Below, piece by piece: positions 36,263-47,903 of a stretch of DNA of 64,000 nt. The stretch is from the NCBI GenBank assembly GCA_051362555.1, contig CM120649.1:16878567-16942566 (forward strand). Reading direction: 5' to 3'. The notes beneath the pieces were generated by a model, which searched no databases, had not been told where the DNA came from, and saw only the letters and a program-made list of their open reading frames with translations. A program made the position numbers and the translations under genes. Each line of letters begins with the position of its first letter. Position 1 is the first letter of the stretch. The DNA comes from Lingula anatina. Lineage: Eukaryota; Animalia; Brachiopoda.

Positions 36263-38415
36263 TTAATAATGCAACGAGAGAGTGTCTTTCCCGTTCAGTT
36301 TCATCTCTTTCCCCATCAAATCATAGCCAGTGCGCAGGTCCAAGGAAGCACAATTCAGGTGGGAGTACGCGGCTTCTTGTGACGTAGGGGAGTACCCTGA
36401 CGTCATGAACAACTCGTGACTTCCATTTGATGACGTCACGTTCCCAGTTGCGGTCGGCGAGACGGGATAATACTGCATGGCCATGTAGGGAAGACGGGAG
36501 TTCATCTGCTGAAGAGGGTCGTAAGCAGGCATGACGGGCCACCGGTCCGTGGAGGCAGGGTAGTTTGCTGAATACGGGCTTTGAGAGATGGAGGTCAGCG
36601 CTGTGAAATATAGAAAAAAATTAAAATGCGATATAAAAATAGTTAAAATAAACTGGAGAAATACTTTGATTATTCAATACTATATTAAATTTCTGTGCGT
36701 AGTTATCTTAGATTAAGCAGTAGGGGTTATATTCAAATACAGAAAATACATAATTTTGATATTCCGGTAAACTTTATAATATGTTATATACTGTTAAATA
36801 TCAACTAGTATCAGTTTGATTAAGGTGGCGCCCTAGCTTTTATCTCAAGCTCTTTCAATAAAACATACAGTCTGGAGAATTAGAGAGCATTAAAATGTTA
36901 AATGAAATAATGAGTTAAGAAAAATATCTTGATCGCTACTACATGTATATACTGGGGTACATATACACAGTTAAAAAAGGATGAAGTTTTCGAGATAAAA
37001 GTAAAGGAGGCGTTTCTTACCTGTGCTGTAGTTAATAGTTTTCTTTGGCGTTTCCTTTTTACGCCATTTTGCTCTTCTGTTTTGAAACCATACCTGAAGG
37101 GATAAACGATAGGTTACAAAATTATGCTTCATGTTAAAACCGAGTTGTGTAACTTAAATTTTGGAAAGGGGTGTGACTTGTTTTGGTTAAATATACAGAA
37201 AATGTGATAATCTTTCATCGGTTTAATTTTCTGAAAAATTGTTTAAGAAGCTTTTACTTTCCGGAAGACACCAGAAATGTCCCAGAAAGTTATCAAACAT
37301 AATCGCAACATATCATACATGTATACACTTACTGATCTTTAATAATTTTATTTCACGTGACGTAACGTGACGTAATGTGATGTAGTGTGACGTAACAGAA
37401 CTCAATGAAATGGACTACCTGCACTCGAGACTCGCTGAGGCCTATTCTGATGGCGAGGTCTTCCCGGGCAAACACGTCGGGATAGGGGGCGCGTTCGAAC
37501 GCCCTCTCCATTTCCTCCAACTGGTAGGCTGTGAAAGTCGTCCTAAAGAGAGATGCAGAAATTAGTACTTTCGTCTTCCCACATTTCTAAAAAAAATAGT
37601 CTAATTGCTATCTAATACGCGTTCCTAAATTTACATTTTATTATCAATTAAGTGATATTGCCAAATGATATTAGGGCGCATTCCCATAGATTTAGATCGA
37701 TCTATCCCCGTGGGGCGTCTCACTAGATTACTGTCAGATAATCCGGCTTAAATGTCCGTCCCGCCTACTACGAGCTGTAAGGGGATAATTAACTCTCGTG
37801 CCCGCTCGGCTGACAGCTATTTAGCGTGAACCCCCAGGGAGTTAGGTCGATCTAGTTTGGATCGATCTAATCTCTGGGAATGGGGTCTAAAAATTATCAT
37901 TAAAATGAACCAAATATCCATAGTTGCAGTAAATTTAAGAAATAGCAAAAATTTACAGGGTGTTTCTCACCTGTACCTTGTCTTTTTCTTCTTTGGCTCA
38001 TCGCTTTCTGGTGTCTGCTTCACTGCGTGTGGTTGAGTTGTCTTCATCAGCGCAGTGGAGGACGATTGCGGTACAGAAGACGTACGGGATTGCGTCGGCG
38101 AAGCCGATGTCGTGTACATTTTTCTGGGGGTGACTGGAGCGACGTTGGCAATGGTCGGTGACTTCTGTCTTCTGTCTGCGTTGGTGGTAGGTCGCGGTCT
38201 TTCCACGACATTCGCCTTAGAAATAGAGGCTGCCAGACTCAAAATATCGTGGGAGGTTTCATCTGAAACTAAAAAGAAAACTTTGTTAGTAGGCTACAGC
38301 AGCTAATAAGCATCTTTCACAAAGTTCTGATAATATGTTTTTTCTCTACGTTCAATGTATGAGCTGTTAAATACCATGAAGGGAAATCCCCAAAAATTAA
38401 TAATATAAATAAAAA

Positions 38416-38450
<35 letters not shown>

Positions 38451-38688
38451 AGCTGAATGGATTGTTACATAGCTCAACATAAAAAGTAATAAAAATATAT
38501 GCAAATACAAGAAGGAATCCATCAATCAAAAGAAAAAATGATAATGGCAATGAGGAATGCATTGGGTGTAAAAACATTCTTCTGGTAAAATCTGTCACCT
38601 TATCGCGCCGTTGATTCTGCCTATTGTGACCCTATAATGCATTCATAATTAATTCATAGTATTGGATGAAGGCGTACATAAGCGAAGC

Positions 38689-38741
<53 letters not shown>

Positions 38742-41700
38742 GGCAAAGCTCTTGTGTAATAGGAAAGTTTTAATCAGGGGGATTTAACATGTGAAATATT
38801 CACCCCTTTTAATGAAACTGCAATGAATTACTCTAGCATACTGACTTATACGCAGACTTTACCAAATATTAAACGAATCAACGAGAAAATAATGAGGAAC
38901 AAAATATAAAAACGTGAAAAGAAGCCATTTTGTAACTTAGTAAAAGCCACGCATATATTAGGCAAAAATAAACATCCTATTCCGGACTTTTGTACATTAT
39001 TTGAAGATTAAAGAAGAAGTGTTTAAAATAATAAATGGATAGCAGTCTCTGAGAGAAAGAAAGGGAAAAAGAGAGAAAAAGCATCGACCACACAATAAAC
39101 ATACGTATCCATCTTTCATCTAGGTTTCAGCACGAACGCTTGAGGCAATTTAACATCTCAATTGAACGCTGGAAATGAACATATTATTGACGGAAATTGA
39201 AATGATGATGAAAATTATCAATCACATTAACCCCAATTCATGAAATGTGCCTGCTATTTAGAAAATTGCCTCCGCCAGAAACCTGCCTATGATATCCAAT
39301 GCGCCCGGAAATGTATAAGCGGAATCTACATCTGAAATTCGACTCCAATGCCTCGGATATTTTGACACGAAATTGCATTTTAAAACACACCTTGGTCGTG
39401 TTTCGCATTTTGTAACAAAATTAACTGGTTCGATGAAAATTTCAAGCCAGAGATTTTTTTGTGGTGAAATTTGACAGTTTTGTGAATAAAAGACACGTGT
39501 CACATGTTAAATATGACGTCACGTAGTGCAGTAATTATATCGCAAGTGGAAATAGAATGTAGAAATGGAGTTATTTTAGTCCCGAAGAACTTAATTCCCA
39601 TTAAAGCGGATCGTGTTTCACTTTTATTGTTGTTTTTAATGATATCTTCCGCTCGGGCCTTGCTTTTCACTTCTTTTGTTTGGTGTTTTAGTGTTGTAAC
39701 ATTCACAAACCTTTCCTACATATTTTTGTTCTTTTTTACAGAGAAACTAGAGTACTATATTCACGTACGTTTAAATTTTATCATTACAAAATTGTTTTAA
39801 AGGTACTTAAATGACGGCAAAATTAAAATTAGTCGTTATCGAATACAATTTAAGAATTGATATTTGATCTTTGACGTGAGTATTAGGTCTACATTTAGCC
39901 AGATGTTGCATAAAGTAGTCAGTTATTTTTTTTTTCAAAGAAGAAGACTTTCTGTCACATAAAGTGCACTAATAATCCCACGGTAACAAAACATTGGACT
40001 AAGCCCGGAACTAACGCAAGTTAATATGTTTTTCGTTGATTTCCTTTAATCCAATCAACCGTTGATTTCTTTGTCAAATCGATTATTTTATGCGTTATCT
40101 TTAATATGTTTCTCGCTTTTTTTCCACAGGACCCTACAACACGCAATGTTTAATATCCGATGCAAGCGTTGTATCGAGTCGCAACCTTCTCACGATGAAG
40201 AATCGCATTTCTATATGACCAACGTGTTACAGCTTAATTAAATTATATTTTCACACCGTCGCAAATTCAATAAAGTACACCATGTATCGATGGAGCTGAT
40301 ACTTACAACTAATCTCCTTTGCCGTCACAATTCAATAAATTAATCCAGATAAAAAATGCCGGTGACATGATCTGTTGCTTGCCTTAATTCCGGACTTGGT
40401 TCATTGTTTTGTTACCGTGACATCGTCAGTACACTTTCTCCAAATGGACCAACAGGTCTTTTTTAATAAAAGCAAGCAATAGCAGTACTCAAGTTCGAGG
40501 AGTAAAATACTTCGTTTCAATAAGGTTAGGCTTGGCTAAGTGAAATCAATTTTACATTTAGCGGTAAAGTTCTCTGTGTCACATCAATTTGAGGGACTGA
40601 CAACACAATCACCTAAACAGCCCCAAAACCAGTTAAACGGTGCAATTTTGCTTTGCAAATCATCATTATCATCATCATCATTATAATAAAAATGTTTGTT
40701 TATAGTCTAAACTCAAAATATGAAATTTACAATGCAAGTTAAAGAAAACGAAATCAATGATTAAAAATTATTTAAAATATGTAAAATTTAAAGCCAGTTA
40801 TTTTGTCGAGTCTATTTAAAGATCATTAAAACATTTGAACTTGTGTTAGGGTGTAAAACTGTACTGTACTCCTCGATGTCAGAAGGTATCCAGTGTTTAA
40901 GTCGTGAAAAAAACATAAACAGCTCTCTTCAGTGCATAAGTGACAGGTGACAGGTGACAAAGAGAACAGGAGGGGGACAAGGAGGCGTCTCAACGAGCCT
41001 CTAATGTGACCAAAATAAAAACGGACATACATATTTGAATTTCATAGACGAGACATTCTTTTTTGTGTATCTGTTTTGTCCCCGCCTGCCTTAAACCTCC
41101 CATCCCCAATAAGATGGGATTGAATGAGCTGATTTTGGGATTGCTTCCTTTCAGTTATACTCTGGACCAAAATCCTGGATTTAAAAAAAATCACAGTCAG
41201 CCCGTTTCTCATATTCAGTTTGTGAGTAGAAAGGGTTGAAATTTTGCAATTTTTTTACCGACAAGGATGAAATAACTCCCTATCAGAGTAGTTAGTCGTT
41301 TCTAATTTGACAAACTGTAAAATACAATATGTACAAAAAGGCACCTATCGTAGAGCAGTATATCGATATCTCAATTATTCAAGTCGCATCTGTTCAGTAT
41401 GTACGTACCGCAGAACGCAAGCAGATATTTTATTAACAATTCTAAAATCTTTCTTTCTCAAAGACGATGTAAAATGACACAGGGTATGGCACCAGTGTCC
41501 GTACATACATGCATACCATCTCTTAGTTTCGTGAAAATACGCACAATTTCTAAAATCTTCATTTTTTCATTGAAAAGCATAATCATAAATCCCCAAGCAA
41601 CCTGTACGAGGAACATGACGTAACCGGAAACCAGTTGTAAACCGTTGCAAAAAGGCCAAATCTATATTTCGAACAATTTTCAAATTCACAGCTTATCTTT

Positions 41701-42021
41701 TCATGATATGGATATGCTATTTTTATCATCATTGCTCTAACTCACATTCTTCTTTTTCTCTGCATTATAATTATTAAGGAAAGTCAAAATAAGCTTGTAA
41801 CTTTCTTGAAAGGGTTGATCAATTAGAACTCAAACGTTTGCGGGTGCCTTAATTTTAAAAAAAGAAGACCAACTGTAAAGAAATCACATACCTTGTTTGC
41901 TGCTGTAGTTATATGGTGCGTTCTGTGGAAGATATGACGGCAGTCCGCTCTCTCCCATCACTCTAGACGTACCGAGGATCCCTTCAATACTGTGAGAATT
42001 CATCGCCTTCGTCTGATACAT
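36263..42021 (-). CDS. repo: Paired-like (PRD class, Q50) homeobox protein, reversed polarity orthologue, 318 aa
   Basis: Exons 42021-41892, 38262-37971, 37542-37419, 37093-37021, 36600-36263 join in frame (957 nt). The homeodomain [60 protein letters not shown] has the Repo-family [14 protein letters not shown] signature. N-terminal HSIEGILG octapeptide. Confidence 0.88.
37357..37396. repeat. Four tandem 10-bp units GTGACGTAAC
   Basis: GTGACGTAAC GTGACGTAAT GTGATGTAGT GTGACGTAAC. Confidence 0.85.
37674..37887. mobile_element. MITE family A, copy 2, in repo intron 2
   Basis: Collinear with 5566-5757 plus about 20 nt of extra internal sequence; flanks TTA/TAA. Confidence 0.85.
38691..38736. 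repeat. Poly-T run (about 46 nt) in repo intron 1
   Basis: Directly visible. Confidence 0.9.
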
Positions 42022-42260
42022 GTTCCCTAAAATCTTTTTAAGAGATCGGAAACTTTTGCTGCTTTAATAGAATACTTCTCACTGCTCACTTATCAGTTCA
42101 GTATAAAGTCTTCACGGGCTTAATCGACAAAACTGCGTTAATTTGCCTTATCAATGCTTCATCACTACTCAAATATTATAAAATAAACTTTTGCCGCGTG
42201 TATTGAGTTACCCTCTGTGATCGACTCTTGGTCGTCTGCTCGACTTCTCCAATTGTAGCG

Positions 42261-42345
42261 TTTATATAGGAGCATGATAGAATTAATTAACGTTCTCGCA
42301 TTTGGAATAGCAGACGACCCTTCTTCAATTACCAGTCGTCCGCAT
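42261..42345 (-). promoter_or_regulatory. Probable repo core promoter
   Basis: Minus-strand CCTATATAAA (TATA box, 42261-42270) about 240 nt upstream of the ATG, with TAAT/ATTA motifs and CAATTA (42326-42331) nearby. Confidence 0.5.
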
Positions 42346-42527
42346 CCAATCAAAGAGCGATTAGAGTGGTTTAGCAATCTTTATCGACCCACGTGATGAA
42401 GGAATCGGCGTTCCAAATCCATTTTGCCGTTGCTTGTAGAGTTTGGTGCTTTTCATTATTGAAAATTATAGCAACGGGCATTATGACATTTGTTGTGTTT
42501 TTACAGTACAGTGGTTTCCTTTGTTCA

Positions 42528-42535
42528 TCTCTCTC

Positions 42536-42583
<48 letters not shown>
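42528..42583. repeat. (CT)n microsatellite upstream of repo
   Basis: Directly visible. Confidence 0.95.
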
Positions 42584-42586
<3 letters not shown>

Positions 42587-45500
42587 GTTTTGTTTAAATA
42601 TATTCTACGAATTAAACTCAATCACATGGTAAACAATAATCACTACGTCTAAAATGGTATTGGTTAAAATTCTTTTAAGACATTTTTATAATAATATCAG
42701 GAAGTCCCACTTCACTTTAAAGTAATAGCCTAGTAGTATTCTAGCAGATGATATGATATTGTCCAGATCATAGGTGTAACTCGATGGTAGGATATAGCCA
42801 AAAATGTTAGACAATAGTCAAAAATGACTTCTTTTTATTATGTAAGACAGATGCTAGTCATTAATTGTCTTTTATACCGCGCACGTGTCCCGGAGCCGAA
42901 CGCCTCGCCTGCATTGCCAATCATCAAACAACGCCTCAGATAACACATCTGCAATGTCGGTCACACTTAAATGATCAACTTTAATTAGAAATCCAATTAA
43001 ATCTGGGCTTAAGCTACCAATTAATCCCACAGCTAAAAGCGACGATTGTCTAATTCTCTCGTATTTTTTGACATCAGCCGCAGTCATGCCGGATAAGATG
43101 AAAGGACGGCCGACATATTGTTCGTAAAGTGGACGGCCTTGTCGAACACGTGTGCTTAGATTATGTCGTAAAAGAATATCAGCCATAAATCAGGTATACA
43201 AACAGTATCTACGCGGCCTCGTCATTAAATATGAATGAAAGTCCGCCAATTTCTGATATTCTGTTAGGTGGAGGCTGATAAAGCCGGGACTATAGTATAT
43301 AAACTGAGGTATTTATTTCAAACATCGCAATCTAAAATAAAATAAAGACATTAGCAATACCTTAGTTCGGAATAAGAAGTGACAGCTTTCTTTAATAAAA
43401 ATGTAAATAATGTCTTTTATACGTATGACACAAATGAGCTGTTAATATTTATCTATAAATAAATTCTGAAATTTTATTAATTTATGTAGCTTTTATAGGG
43501 AATATATTCTCAGCAAGACTATGGCAAATGATACAATATCAGCATGCGTTTCGGAGCTCATCTCATAGGAATTTTCAACAAACCTTTATTTTTTTGACAA
43601 AGGAATATTACGAAACAACAGAAACAAAAATCTGCGTTATCTTATTAGGAAATTGACAGCCTTAATTTAGTTAATTTGACATTAGTATTAGTACATTGTG
43701 CCAAAAAAAGTTGTGGCCAACTTTCTCTGATTAGTGATAATTTTCAATAAATCTAGCACGTATATTGTTAATGTAGTAAAGAGTTTATCTTTAATTAATC
43801 TTAATCAGGAAAACAAGATTGCAATATGTCGTTTGTCTGCTTAAAAAGTGATCACCATCAAAAAAATGACGGATAAATTGCACTTCATCCGAAGGATAAT
43901 CCATCTTAATTACGGTCTCATTATGGAGAAAAGATTAAGATCATATCCTTTTTTATATTTGTAGACAGATTGATCAAATTAGCATTCATCCTGGTTTTCG
44001 TTATCATTTATTTGTTTGCCGCTTTCTTTCTTTCTTTATCCGTCCGTTTATTGTAATATTTATCTATTTATTAACTCATTTATCCACCTATTTATCTATA
44101 TAACTCATTATTTAAGCGTGAGCTTCATGATTGTCACTAAGCAAAAAAGGAAAGATACATAACGTTACGTATCTGAATTGTCAAAGAAACAAGAACGATA
44201 AAGAAAAGGTCAATATAATTAAGAGTCAATAATTATAAGCTGTGGGCAGTTCATGAATGAACGACGCGTTTGGAGAATTTCCAGGCGTTGCACGTAGATA
44301 AAAGGCATTAGATTACGATAAAAAGATCGTCGTTGAGTAATTAGGAACGCAGTCAGTCTATTTAGAGTTGCTTAATAATAGAAGATCACTAATAGATTGA
44401 ACGTTGATTATCAGTTAGACGAGAGGTCGGTCGGCAGTCTGGGTATCGAAGCTTGTTAAAATGTGTCAGTAAGTGCTGCTTACAGTTTATTTGTCTGCGA
44501 GAATTTGCAGTCAAGTCTTCAGCTTGTGCTAATGGGTGAGCAGGGTGTCACACTTAAACTTATTTTCTTTCAAAGAAAGAGAGAGAAAGAAACGAAACGA
44601 AACAAAAAGAAAAAGAAACATAACGAAAAAATAAGAAGCTCGGTGAAATAAACAGGACAACGTGGGGTTGTAAAGTGCTGTATGTACTAATTCTTGTAGA
44701 ATCACACGTGCACACACGAAAAACGCACACATGATATTAAACGTTTCTATCATGTAATAAAATTATGTAAACCTGTATCAAAATATCCATGTAAACATGA
44801 GTTAAAGTGAACGTTTGTGGTTCAGAATTACAATATCCAAGTTCAAAATTCAACAGATGGAGGTTGGGAACGGAGATCTTAGGTCTGTCCAAACTGATAA
44901 ACCCGGACTGGTTAAGATCTAGATGACGTCACAACACACCTATGGTGTGGCTACGTGCTACATAACGTTTGGACCCAGATGAAGCAAATCATCCCCCAAA
45001 ATTTGTCTCTTCTCTCCACATTAACTGTTCATTTGTCATTGTACCGCAGTAACACGAATTAACTGCAGTTTAGTCATACCAAATGCCATATTACACTTAT
45101 ATTATTACCGCGACCTGTGCAAAATTGGAGACAATGCTATAACAATAATAATATTAGCAATTTTATGCGACTAGTAAATTTAACTGCGAAATTCGATTGG
45201 TGTTAAGTTATCGAATTTATTCGATTCTAACTAGCAATGATGGAACAGTATGGACAGAATAAATTGGTAAAACGTACGAATTATATTATCCCTTAAAATA
45301 TAACCATTTGAACAATAGGGGGTATGATATTTATCCAATATATTTAGATTTGGTTTGTTATTCGTTTTCATTGCTGACGTAGATATTTAGCTAACAGGGC
45401 ACTTTTTTCATTTATAAAGAATTATATATAAAAACGAAAAACATTTATGTACGCTGCACAGTTTATTTTTTTGTCGGTGAATTAATTTACAGACGGCAGA

Positions 45501-47109
45501 TCATCTGATATGCTAGGATTATCTAAGGAATAAGACCAGCAAATAAACATGAAATTGGAACAGCGCATAGCTAACGTTTATGATTACAAGATCAGTATTT
45601 TTTTTTTACTGGGATATGGCCTTTTGTAGAATAAAGTAATTTTTAGAATATAAAATTAGAGGAACAAACATTTTTGTCAACTCACGAGAAGCTATAATAA
45701 TATGGAAGATGTGGAGTTGCATTATGTCTTTTGTAATTTTATTTTAAAATAGTACAAATTGAGAGAAAAAACAGACAAAATGTGTGCGAGTTCATGTATT
45801 TCTACTGTTTCGTATAAGGTTTCATTCGCCGTACGTGAAAACCAACGCAGCAACAAAAATGTGAAAATAGATGAAAGGGAAATTGCTTCCCACATTCAAT
45901 AAACGTATACAGAATTAAAATAATAGAACTCCTGCCTAATAGCGACCGGGAAACAATTTGGTCGCGTACAACTGCAGACTAAACGTGCTCTAACAGTTTC
46001 CGAAAAATAACTTTCAGAGGAAACTGCGGAAGAGCTCAAATTACATGAGACCGTGTATTGTCGAAATAGGATATAGTCTGCGTTCTCCCATGTAATTCGA
46101 GAACGACATTAGCATTTAGGGGAGTGAGCTGGCGTACAAATAACAAAAAAAAATTAATTCTAAGTGAAATTTACTGTAACTCTACTGCTTCTGCGTTAGA
46201 GTTTGAGAGTGAAAAGTCTATGGTCAGGCTTATGAAAATCTTTTTTTTTCGGCATTCTGATAATGACACTGTTCATATGTTACTTCACTTCGTGGTTGTC
46301 TGTCAATCACGCACATGGCATGCACAGGCATCATACTTTTTATGCCTTTTAAAGCTTTATTGCTTTAAGAAGGTAACCTCTCTCCATCTCCCCCTTTCTC
46401 ACTCTCACTCTTTTTGTCTCTCTCTCTCACATACACACACACACACACACATTGTTGGAAATTGAGCTTTTTTTTCTGTAGTTCTCCCTCTCTCTCTCTC
46501 TCTCTCTTTGTGCGCGTGTGTGTGTGTGTATGCGTGTGTCAGTATTCAATGCATTTTCTTCTTTCAAAAGTCCTTTCCCTCGCACTCTCTCCCGGAATTT
46601 GAAGCAGATCAGGTGGCGGTATGTAATTCCGGCCCGGTAAAACTTGTCAGTGTACCACATAATTCCTCCGGTAGTCGCCTTAATAACAACGTCACCGGGA
46701 ACCTTGTTTCAAATGGCTTCAGTAAATTGACTTTGTTTAGCGCACAATTATGCAGGAAAAAAGTCATCAAATTTGATTAACATTTGATAGCCTCTTTCAT
46801 CACAACATCCTCAAAGGGAAGACTAGCCTACATTTTAGTTCGTGTTTTTTATCTAATAGCCAGTTGTTAAAGGTAATTTCAAACAAATGTGGTTACGTTA
46901 TTAATTCATTAATTTACAGACATAACCACACACTTACATGTAGCTTGTAAAGTGTTTCGTAAGGAAGAAAATAAGTGACTATGATCAATTTAATTTTTCA
47001 GTGCACATATTATAAATTTAAACAGAAAAAAACACTAAGTTTTCACATAACGTTATTCTTTCTGCATATTTATTTATGAAAACTGCCATATATATATTTA
47101 TATTTATAC

Positions 47110-47294
47110 ATTTAGCGGATTCCTAACCCCCTTCGATTTCTGAAAAAAAAACACACCAATTGTCCCCTCTTGAAATTTTTTGGGGCCGTTCGGCAGGCCC
47201 CGAACCCCACGCCAAGGGTGGGGTAGGGGCAGGGTTGGCTTTGCATCCGCGCCCCCCCCCCTCCCCCTACAAGTAATTCTTGATCCGACCCCTG
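47110..47294. mobile_element. Degenerate copy of the CAG-terminated element
   Basis: AGCGGATTCC ... TTCTTGATCCGACCCCTG, with CCCCTCTTGAAATT and TTTTTGGGGCC blocks shared with 59941-60251. Confidence 0.55.
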
Positions 47295-47854
47295 AGTACA
47301 AGTACACAGTGTATTACATATTAAGTAACGCTCAGTTTTAGCGTTTTGGAATTATTTGCATAAAATGTTACAGGAGAAAGAGAAAATGACATGATATACA
47401 CTACCCACCTCGTATAACAGGACCATTTAAAGAGTTACATGAATGCAGACGCCAAAGTGCTTATGGAAATTGTTAATATACCCACTGCCTCGCGTGAACC
47501 AGTAGAACAGTACATCTTTGCTCGTTAACCTCTCGATGAAATCATATAATCTATTTACAGACGTATTTGTCTACTTATTGATGTATTTATTTGCATTTGT
47601 TCTCTGTGCTTCATACTTAACATTAATCAGCCATTCTCTTTATTCGCTCTACCCTTAATTCATTGGAGAATTAGATATGCAGCCTGCATTATTCGTAGCT
47701 GTTTGGTTTCTGGGCAAATTGTTTATTTTTGCAATGTAATTCATCATTTGCCACGAGTGCTGTAAAATGGGCTTTTACGAGGACTTTCGTTTGATTCTCT
47801 GTTCACACTGACGGATTAAGCCAAGTCTCTTCTCATTTTGTAAGCATTAGTGCT

Positions 47855-47855
47855 A

Positions 47856-47902
<47 letters not shown>
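47855..47902. repeat. (ATT)n microsatellite; similar tracts at 2524-2557, 17473-17511, 38418-38447, 53081-53118
   Basis: Directly visible. Confidence 0.95.

Positions 47903-47903
<1 letters not shown>

Noticed and set aside
42872-43186. 104-aa minus-strand ORF upstream of repo
   Set aside because: No recognisable motif or splice support; the region is dense in TAAT sites and better explained as regulatory DNA.
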